This document shows positions 54,480 to 64,000 of a stretch of DNA of 64,000 nucleotides, piece by piece. The notes below the pieces were generated by a model. It made no database searches. It worked only from the letters and a program-made list of their open reading frames with translations, and was not told the DNA's origin. The DNA is from the human T2T-CHM13v2.0 reference genome, Homo sapiens. How positions within the stretch are numbered: the first letter of the stretch is position 1; every line of letters begins with the position of its first letter. Both the position numbers and the translations under genes were made by a program. Where the stretch lies: the NCBI RefSeq assembly GCF_009914755.1, contig NC_060944.1. One strand, written 5' to 3'.

Positions 54480-56190
54480 GGGTATTTTTTATTCATCCTC
54501 TAGGTCTGCCATAATACCATCTCACAATTTTGTAACCTATGGACTAAAAGATAGATTTCACCATGACTAACTGGTCTTTATGCAGCTGGTCACTATGCCG
54601 TAGCTATTATGTGTGAATCCTGCCCATTTGATGTTGTTTTGCCCTTATTCAGTCTTTCAGTCAGTAGGATTCCTTCCAAGTGGAGTAACCAATGTTTCAC
54701 TCCTGAAAGCCTCTAATTCCTCAGAAGTCCTTCTTTTGCTTTTTCTGTGTCTTTAACAGGACATTCCACCATTTTATGAGGTCAGCTACTTCTGGGTTAT
54801 AGGGAACATAATGTGATAAGACCAGTGTATCCCATCAGCTCATTGTCTTCCATTTTGCACACTGAGGTGAGTCCCTATTTAGGATAAGTGTAGTATGGAA
54901 TAGAAGCCATAATAGTGAACAAGGCTCTCAGTACATCCGTGTGTAAGAACAGAAAACTCAGCTCCCAGACGTGTTTATTAATAGTTTGATAAGAAAAATA
55001 ATGACTGCATGTTCTGTGATGAAAAGGGTCCAGTGGAATTACTGGCTACCAGGTATTCAGTATGGCTTCATGTAAGGGTCTTGAGGATAATTGTTTTGCT
55101 GCCACATTGGGGTGTCAGCAGTGGTGGCAAGGGAAAGTTTATTTCGCTATAGCTTCCCTGGTCATGGGCAATGTGAGCAACACCACAGGTGGCTGGGGCA
55201 GGTGGATGACTGACATCCAGAGGAGATAAGACCATCCTTGTTTGGTTATTAAAGTATTCTTCTGAAGTGAGGGATTTCTAGTACTATGTATGCAGGATAG
55301 AAATATGCTCATATTTTGGACCCACATATGTTTCCTGAACTTCCTTATAGTTCATGTTTGAATCATTCTCTGAGTTCCTAACCTTCACCCAAAAAATTAG
55401 CTACTGCCCAACTGTCTGTGTAAATCCTTACAATTGTTTGTCTCTATGTCCAGGACAAGTGGGAAATAATATATACTGTAATCATTAAAGTTCTGCCCAC
55501 AGAAAAATTTCCCATTTTTTATTATGCTTCAAAGCTACATCTGAGTAGGGCTCTAATACCACTGTAATCCATGATATATTGTACATAGTCACCTGCATAG
55601 TCACCTGTACACAAAGCTCTAATTTTTTCCTCATTAGTTAGCCAATCATAAGGAGCTCCTCATGTGTCCAGGTGCAGATTAAGGGAGGGGAGCAGAGAGA
55701 CAGGAATAGGGGTTCTGAGCGGGTTTGCAACCCACAACTTCTGAAACTAACCTGCACGTTCAGGACCTGTTGAGGCTTGATCTGGCATGTATCTCTTCCC
55801 CTTGATGACAGAGCACGCTGAAGATGCCTCCCTTTATGATGGATTGAATAAAATTGCATCCAGATATAATGGACTGCTCGGAACTCATGGCCACATGATC
55901 TTTCAGATGTTTAATCTCAAACACAGCACAATATCAGGGCCAAAGCTGTTACTTAAGGGAAAATTGTCACTTACTGGAAGTCTAATTGCCTTGATCCAAA
56001 ATCCTATGGGTGCACTATAGTTTTCATATTGGAACTTACCAAACTCTCTATATGACCTCCGTAACTGCTACAAACATTTTGAAGACTATTGGATCCATCA
56101 AATAATATAGGTCAGGTGAATCCAGCCTATATTACCTGGAGCCACTGAAGATACATCCTCATGGGTGCTGGGTGCCACCCAGAACTGGCA
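54480..56190 (-). mobile_element. Degenerate ERVL internal (pol RNase H/integrase region)
   Basis: Minus-strand translation at 55488-55571 gives WITVVLEPYSDVALKHNKNGK/WAEL, matching recalled ERVL WTAAALQP.SG.SLKDSGEGKSSQWAEL. Confidence 0.72.
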
Positions 56191-56639
56191 TCTATGTTCA
56201 CAGGAGAGATTGTTCTCTTTTCTTTCTCTCCATAATGTCTTTGTCTTCTTTTGTATCAAAACAATTTTTTCATCATATTTTCTTATTCATATTAAAATTG
56301 AAACTATATTTTACTCATTGAAGAGTAAACAATTTCAATCTATGAAAAAATCTTACACATTTATTTAAATTATATATCTGTTATAAAAAATATAAAGTCA
56401 ACAATTTATTAGGTTCACTAATGTTTAATTTACAATACAATTTTGCTTTAATGCTCTATTTTCCTAAATATAATGAACTAAAGTAATGATGATAGAAAAT
56501 TAAGTAGACCTGCTTAAAATTTATAAAAAGTTAAAAAATAGGAAGAATTCAAGAGTAAAGAAAGCCATCTGGACTGGACCTGAAATTTTCTTTTTGGAAG
56601 ATTTTTAAAATCACACATTCACCTTCTTTAAACAGATGT

Positions 56640-56768
56640 ATGATACTGAGATTTTTTTCTATTTTTTATCAATTTTCATAAATTGTGGTTTTCTTGGATT
56701 TATCCATGTCATCTCTATTTTCAAATTTATTAGCATAAAGTTGCTCATAATATCCTCTTATCTTTTTA
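56640..56768 (-). mobile_element. Old L1ME ORF2 fragment (continues 59994-60135)
   Basis: TTTTCAAATTTATTAGCATAAAGTTGCTCATAATATCCTCTTAT, resuming as TCCTAATATTGGTATTTGTG...TTTATCAATTTTATTG. Confidence 0.65.
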
Positions 56769-56926
56769 CAGCTTTATTGAGGTATAATTGATATACACAA
56801 AAACTGCATATACTTAATGTATACAATTTGATGAGTTTGGACACATATACGCACCCATACCACCATCACCACAATCAAGGTAATAAATATACCCATCAAC
56901 CCCTGAAGTTCCTTGTGTCTCTGTGC

Positions 56927-56959
<33 letters not shown>

Positions 56960-59375
56960 ATCATGTATCATGAGATCTACTCTCCTCAATGTTTAAGTGA
57001 AAACACTGTATTATTAACCACAGGCACAAAGTTGTACAGCAGATCTCTAGAATTTATTCATCTTGTATAATGGTGACTTTATACCCACTGAGCAACAACT
57101 CTCCATCTCCCCCTTCTCTCCTTCCCTGGCAACCACCATTCTATTTTCGGCTTCTAAAAGTTTGACTATTTTAGATTTCTCATATAAATAAAATTATGCA
57201 ATATTTGTTATTTTTTGACTAGCTTATTTTACTTTGCATAATGTCTTCCAGGTCTACCCATGTTGTTAACAAATTTCCTTCGTGTTTAAGGCTGAATAAT
57301 ATTCCATCATATATACAGTGCCACATTTTCTTTATCCATTTATCTGTCAGTAGACAATTGGGTAGTTTCCCAACACAAATGCCTTGGCTGTTGTAAATAA
57401 TGCTACAATGAACATGAGAATGCAGATATGTCTTTGAGATTCTGACTCCAATTATTATGGATGTATACCCGGGAATGGGATTGCTGGATAACATGCTAGT
57501 TCCATTTTTAATTTCTTTGTGAAGGCTCCATACTGTTTTCCATAGTGACTGCATTTCACATTTCTACCAACAGTGTACAAGAGTTCTGATTTCTCCATAT
57601 CCTTGCCAACACGTGTTATCTTTAATTTAAATAAGAGCCATTCTAACATTGATTAAGATGTTACCTGGGGGATTGTCATAAGTGGCCTTTATTATGTTGA
57701 AATACATTCCTGCTAAACCTAGTTGGTTGAGTGTCTTTATCATGAAGGATGTGGAATTTTATCAAATGCTTTCTCTGTATCTATTGAGATGATCATGTGA
57801 TTTTTATCTTTCATTCTGTTAATCTGGTGTGTCACATGTATTGATTTGCGTATGTTAAAATATCCCTGCATCTCAGGGATAAACCACACTTGATCACGGC
57901 ATGTGATCTTTTCACTGTGTTGTTGCATTTAATTTGCTAATATTTTGTTGGGAATTTTTGTATCTTTACTCATCGGAAATAGTGACCTGTAGTTTTCTTT
58001 TCTTGTAGTGTCTTTGTCTGGCCTTGGTATCTGGGTAATACCAACCTCATAAAATGAAGTTGGAAGTATTTGCTCCTCTTCAATTTTTCGGAAGAGTTTG
58101 AGAAAAAATGGCATTAATTCCTCTTTAAGTGCTTGATAGAATTCACCAATGACATCATCTAGTCCTGGGCTTTTCTTTCTTGGGAAGTTTTTGATTGCTG
58201 ATTCAATCTCCTTACTCATTATTGGTCTGTTTAGATTTTCTGTTTCTCCATGATTCAGTCTTGGTAGGTTGTATGTTTATAGGAATTTCTCCATTTCTAC
58301 TACGTTATGCAATTTCTTGATGTATAATTGTTCATAGTAGTCTCTTATGATCCTTTTTATTCATGTGGTGTCAACTGTAGTGTTTCCATTTTCATTCCTA
58401 ATTTTATTTATCTGAGTCTTCTTTCCTTTTTTGTTAGTTAAGTCAGTCAAGGGTTTTGCCAATTCTATTTATCATTTCAGAAAACTAATTCTTAGTTTTG
58501 TTGATTTTTTTCTATTGTTTTTCTAGTTCCCATTTTATTTATTTCTGCTCTAATCTTTACTAACTTTCACTAACTTTGGGTTTAGTTTGTTCGTCTTTCT
58601 CGAATTCCCTGAGGTGTAAAGTTAGGTTGTTTATTTGAGACCTTTCTTCTTTTTTAAGGCAGGCATTTTTCACTATGAACTTCCCTCTCATTACTGTTTT
58701 TGCTGTACTCCATAGTTTTAGTATGTATTGTTTTCATTTTGTTTCTCTCAAGGTATGTCTTGATTTCTCCTCTGACTCATCGAATGTTCAGGAGTGCATT
58801 GTTAAATTTCCACATTTTTGTGAATTTTCTAATTTACCTTCTGTTGTTAATTTCTGATTTCATACCATTGTGGTCAGAGAAGATATTTGATATGATTTAA
58901 ATCTTAAATATGTGAAGACTTATTTTGTGGTCTCATATGTGATCTATCCCAAAGAATGTTCCGTATGTGCTTGAGAAGAATGTGTATTCCTCTGCAGTTT
59001 GGTAGAATGTATTACATCAAGGGAGTCCAATCTTTTGGCTTCGCTGTGCCACATTGAAAGAATAATTGTCTTGGGCCACACATAAAATACACTAACAATA
59101 ACAATAGCTGTTGAGCTAAGAAAAAAATTGCGACAGATCTCATAATGTTTTAAGAAAGTTTATGAATTTGTGTTGGGCTGCATTCAAAGCCATCCTGGGC
59201 TGCATGTGGCCTGTGGGCCACGGGTTGGACAAGCTTGCTCTACATATATCCATTAGGTCCATTTGGTGTATAGTGTGGTTCAAGTCTGATGTTTCCTCAT
59301 TGATTTTCTGTCTGGATGTTCTATCCATTGTTGATTTGATGTGTTGTAAAATGTCCATTAGATTTGTTTTAATCA
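56762..59375 (-). mobile_element. L1MA10/L1MB1-like element with internal deletion near 57650
   Basis: CAGCTTTATTGAGGTATAATTG 3' end, GTACAGCAGATCTCTAGAA; ORF2 peptide fragments at 57740-58219. Confidence 0.88.
59018..59237 (+). mobile_element. MER30 (hAT-Charlie)
   Basis: CAAGGGAGTCCAATCTTTTGGCTTC...GGGTTGGACAAGCTTG; partial TSD ending TACAT on both sides. Confidence 0.93.
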
Positions 59376-59376
59376 T

Positions 59377-59993
59377 GTGTGATAAAATACATGGGCACAG
59401 AAATGACTATCATGAAGGAAGATTTTTGTATTAATATCTACAGTTCCATAGAAGCAGAAGGCACAGCATGCCACAGAGAAATACATGGGGAAGCAGCAGG
59501 GTCAGTCAGGAGCAGAGGGAGTGAGGGGGAAACATGGGCAAGAGTATTGTGTTGGTTGTGTGTGTGTGTGTGTATGTGTTTGTGTGTGTGTATGTGTGTG
59601 TGCATGTGTGTGTATGTGGAAAGAGATGCCAAGGCAGGGTAAGTGTGCTAAGTAGGTTTATGATTGGCTAATTGGAATAATTTCAGCAGGCTCTAGGGAG
59701 AAGGGCCGCCCCTGGTTGTCAGAAACCTGGACCTGGGGTGATTGGAGCAGGGAAATAATGGCAAGGCATGTGAGAGCTCAACAAAGGGGGTTGTTGAACT
59801 GGTTTATTTGCATATGAAAGGAACCCTTGCAGGTAAGTTCTTCACTATGTCTAGGAATTGGGTAGCCCTAAGAGGAAAAGTCTATTCAGGATCAGCCCTA
59901 AGAGAGGGAAGTCTCTGAGATGGGAAGGCTCTCTAAGATCAGCAAGGCCCCAGATGCCAAAATGTTAGAAAATAAAAAGGCATGATTAATACA
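59377..59993 (-). mobile_element. ERVL solo LTR (MER76/LTR53-like) with internal (TG)n
   Basis: TG...ATTAATACA termini; GATTGGCTAATTGGAATAATTTCAGCAGGCTCT, TATTTGCATATGAAAGG motifs. Confidence 0.7.
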
Positions 59994-60385
59994 TATCTGA
60001 TAGATTTGTAGCAGCATCAAATTTTTTTAACTCCTAATATTGGTATTTGTGCCGTCTCTCTTTTTTTCTTGCTTATTATTGCTATTGCTTAGCGTTTATC
60101 AATTTTATTGCTCTTTTAAAAGAACAAACATTTGTCTGTGTACTAATACATTCCCAACTTTTTATGGCATAAATTAATGGCTACTTGAATTCCATCTGGT
60201 GGAGTATGAACTCTAGCACAGTGAGTAATAATGAGTCACTTTTATTGGATACCACTGAATGCAGGACTTTACTGTGATCACTGTGTGGGCAGTGATAACA
60301 ACTCAGAAATAACATGCAGAGATAACAACCTCATCCTCCGCTCTTCTCATAGACACACAGAACCTTTAGAAATTCATCACTGTGG

Positions 60386-60565
60386 CAATGTCTTCACAGA
60401 GTGGTCCTTGGAGAGCCAGCATAAGAATCACCTGAGGACCTTGTTAAAAACTCAAATTCTACATCCCCACCTCAGACCTACCAAATCAAACATACAGCTA
60501 GTAATATGCATTTTTGGAAAAATACCTTAGTGAATCTTTTGTAAGATAAAAGTTTTAGAATCATA
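60386..60565. mobile_element. MER5A/B
   Basis: GTGGTCC...CAGCATAAGAATCACCTGAGGACCTTGTTAAAAA...CCCCACCTCAGACCTAC. Confidence 0.8.
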
Positions 60566-61679
60566 AAAATTTCAGAATAAGAAATCTAATGGAAAGGGCA
60601 CAGACCTCACAATTTGAGTTTGCCTTATTTAAATGAGAAAGATATGACATGGCCATATAGGAAAATGCACATAAGTGTTTGCAGAAATCCCATTGCTAGG
60701 AACTACATCATGGTTCTGAATCTATTGCCAATCCTCTGACCTTGGCCACCTTGCTGGCCTCCACATCCCTGGGGTGCTTGGTACAAATCTTATTTGTCAA
60801 GTTCAAATGGCTGAAGCTTTAAAAACTGCAATCAGAAAGCTGAGGCTGCTGGATCTGCTTCAAGTTCCCCAATCAAGAGTCTCAATTTTAATCCTGGAAG
60901 CAATTGATTATAAAGAAGCCTAACGAGATCTGAGTTTTAGTGGCCTCCATTAATTACCTAAATGGAGGGTGAGACTTCACTTGGACAAGGACTGGCACCA
61001 AATCCTGCTTCAGCCTTTTAGAGCTGGCTCATAAATCAGAGGATAAGACCAAAAAGAATTTTAAAATTGGACAGAATCATGATCCCATCCAAGAGCCATT
61101 TTTATATAATCCTATCCCTGCTTGGTAATTACTAGGCTATGACAATTAATTACTTGCTTTGGATTAAAACCCATTCAGTGCTAGATGGATCATATTTTAG
61201 TCTGGTAAGATAAATTGTACTACATTTTACCTGTGCAGAGGTATCAGTAGATGGAGAATGATAAGCTGAACAAAAATGGTTTATTAAAAATAGTCCAGGG
61301 ACAATTAGTACCTAAACAGCCTGCAGATTCTTTTTTAAAAGGGGTTTTTACTGACTCATAGAGAGCTGGAGTTTCTAAAGTCTTTACAAAAGAACAGCTT
61401 CATTCAGCTTCTATATTGAGAACATAGAAATAGTAGTTAGTGCAGGCAAGTCCAGTTTTCAGAAAACTTGAAATGTAGAAACTCAGATTTGCAAACTTTG
61501 TAAATAAGGGGATACTCATTACAAAGCTGGGCTGGCTTCCTACCCAGCTCCTGTTCCCTGTAGATATATTCACTAAGCCATTTTCCTGCTGAATCTTGAA
61601 ATAATGCATGTGGGGGGATTTCAAGAGCCCTCTTATGTCTCCAAACCATATCCTATAACCACCCTTATGCCTCAATCTA

Positions 61680-61859
61680 GTAATAATAGCAACAACATTT
61701 ATTAAGCCCTTAGTAGTTACCAAATAATATTTTCAATAATTTTAGGCTTTATTTCATTACATCCTCACAATAACTCTATGAAGTAGGCACTATTATCATC
61801 TGCATTTCACCTAGGAGAAACTGAGGCTCAAAATAGCTAGTTAACCTTCCCAGGATCAC
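61680..61859 (-). mobile_element. MIR
   Basis: ATCCTCACAATAACTCTATGAAGTAGGCACTATTATC...GAGAAACTGAGGCTCA. Confidence 0.85.
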
Positions 61860-62406
61860 TGTATCAGTTCTATTGCTGTGTAGCAAACTACCCCAAACCT
61901 ACTAGATTAAAAGAATAAACATGTATTTGGCTCATAATTCTGTGGATCAGCAATTTTGGCTGGGCTCAGCTGGGTGGTTCTAGACTTGCATGAGGTCTCT
62001 GTGGCATGTGTAGTCAGATGCACATCAGATGTGCTCATCTTGACTGGGTTCTTACACAAGTCCGGAGCCTTAGGTGGAACAGCTGAGCTGACTTGTCTCT
62101 GCCCCTGTAGGCTAGTGCAAGCATGCTCACATGGCAGCTAAACAGGATTCCAAGAGAGGAAGCTGAGGTATGCAAGTCCTCTTGGGCTGTAGGTTAGAAC
62201 TGGCACCGCATCACAATTCTGCCCCTTTCTTTTGCCCACAGCATGTCACAGGCTAGCCCAGATTCAAAAGATAGAAAAATAGATTCCTCCTCTTGATAGA
62301 AAGAACTGCAAAATTACATTGCAAAGAATGAGAATATAGGGAGGTGTGGAGAATTGAGGCTATTTGGGTTTTTTTTTTTTTTTTTTTTTTTGGCCATCCA
62401 TCTACC
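61860..62406 (-). mobile_element. MaLR solo LTR (MLT1H/I-like)
   Basis: TGTATCAGTTCTATTGCTGTGTAGCAAACTACCCCAAAC...GGCTGGGCTCAGCTGGGTGGTTCT...GCCCAGATTCAA. Confidence 0.85.
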
Positions 62407-63477
62407 TGGTTATATAATCGGTCAATTGTAGAGCCAACATTCAGGGGATCCCTTGACTGCACAGCCAGCACCCCGACCACTTTGCCATACTGCCTTCATA
62501 ACGATGGTTTATCTTCTTTCTGTAACTGGGCCTTGGTTTTACTATTTGAATAAACTCTCTACTTTAGTTAACCTGCTGCTATTCCAATTTTTCCAGGTCT
62601 TTAGATCTGCCTGCTTTTGACCTTTGCCCCAATGCCATTCTGCATTAGAGCGCTGCTGGACTCTGCTAAAAGACCTACCCAAAGATGACGGTCTTCCTGC
62701 CAAGGGCTATGCCCTGTGATTGGCCCAGACAACCTACTTTGCCATGTGTCACCAAATTCCTTGCATATACTGCTCTGTCACCTCCCAGCACCTCCACAAT
62801 TTGGCCTAGCACTTCAATGCACTTGTTCACTTATCCATGGATTCGACCCTGTCTACCACTGAGCAGCTCCTATAGTCTTTCACTTCGAAAAGTGATCCAT
62901 TGTAACAATCTTCTAAATGACTAGTGCCACCCCCTGTTTAAAACAGGATTGTATTTCCTAAAACTCAATATGCAAAGTTTCTGAAACATAGCTACTGCAT
63001 TGAGTAAGACCCACTGTTAACTGCGAATTCAACTCGAAATTTTTCTCTCCTCTTTGGAGTCAGGCATTGTAGCCAGCCATAGCTCCCTATCCCTGACCTT
63101 ACCCTAGTTGCTCCTTTTATACCTTTTATACCACACCAGGACTGCCTCTACATTCTTCCCTGAACCCTGCTGTGGCTAAGAATCACGCGGCTGTAACCAC
63201 TGGACAAGGGATCTCATTATCCTCAAGATAGTGTATTAAAACCAGATATTTATCTGTAGTTGGTGTATTTGCTTTTTTGCAGACACTGTTAGTTTTGGAA
63301 ACTTTAAAAAGTAAATTGTTAGACACATTGAGACAGAGCAGAGCCATGGTAGGTCAACAACTTCACTGAGTATGTCACCTTTGACAAATTGTTTCTCTGT
63401 TCAGCACTTCAGTTTTCTCATCTACACACGGAAATTATTAGATTAGATGATTGCTCAAGTCTCACCAAGTTTTAACA

Positions 63478-63662
63478 TTTTCTTTCTTTTTCCCTCCCTT
63501 CCTCCCTTTCTCTCCCTCTCCCTCTCTTTCTTTCTCTCTCTCTCTTTCTCCCCTTCTTTCTTTCTCTCTCTCTCTTTTTCTTTCTTTCTCTCTCTCCCTT
63601 TCTTTCTCTCTCTCCCTCTCTTTCTCTCTTTCTCTTTCTCTCTTTCTCTCTTTCTTTCTTTT

Positions 63663-63738
<76 letters not shown>

Positions 63739-63758
63739 TCACTTCTTTCTTTCTTTCT
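63478..63758. repeat. ~280-bp polypyrimidine compound STR including perfect (TTTC)20 at 63661-63740
   Basis: Read and counted directly; lies at the tail position of the adjacent Alu. Confidence 0.97.
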
Positions 63759-64000
63759 GTCACCCAGGCAACTCCAGTGCACACCACTGGAGTATAGCCA
63801 TATGAACTCACTGCAACCTCTGCCTCCCAGGTTCAAGCCTTCCTCCCACCTCAGCCTACCCAGTAACAGGGACTATAGGCATGAACCACCACACCCAGCT
63901 AATTTTTGTTTGTTTGTTTGGTAGAGACAGGGTTTCACCCTGCTGCCCAGGCTGGTCTTGAACTCCTGGGCTCAAGTGATCCACCTGCTTCAGCTTCCCA
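63755..64000 (-). mobile_element. AluJ (runs off the window end)
   Basis: TCTGTCACCCAGGC...CTCCTGGGCTCAAGTGATCC. Confidence 0.92.

Noticed and set aside
63447-63924. 116-157 aa Phe/Leu/Ser or Lys/Glu/Arg-rich ORFs
   Set aside because: Artefacts of the stop-free (TTTC)n tract plus the Alu

Overview
This is a primate, probably human or great-ape, gene-poor window, either intergenic or deep intronic. The organism call rests on AluJ/AluS and L1PA3-L1PA6 elements at low divergence. By eye roughly two-thirds is transposable-element derived. I find no supportable host protein-coding gene, structural RNA gene or CRISPR array; the long ORFs are L1 remnants or artefacts of LTR, Alu and simple-repeat sequence. 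The main landmark is a full-length, ORF-disrupted ~6.16-kb L1PA5/6-like element (9100-15261, minus strand, 17-bp TSD, inserted in a MIR). It keeps the ZNF93-target segment, an ORF0 remnant and an antisense splice donor, but its YY1 site is mutated. Other notable structures are several nested insertion stacks, an ancient twin-primed (5'-inverted) L1MB, a MER52A solo LTR, ERVL remnants, two fold-back micro-insertions, long STRs, and a few unique-sequence islands that may be enhancers or lncRNA exons. I did not find a new biological system. The most speculative hypothesis worth testing is a plus-strand L1-antisense-driven chimeric lncRNA. Subfamily names come from recalled consensus sequences, not from a RepeatMasker run, and boundaries of old elements are approximate.
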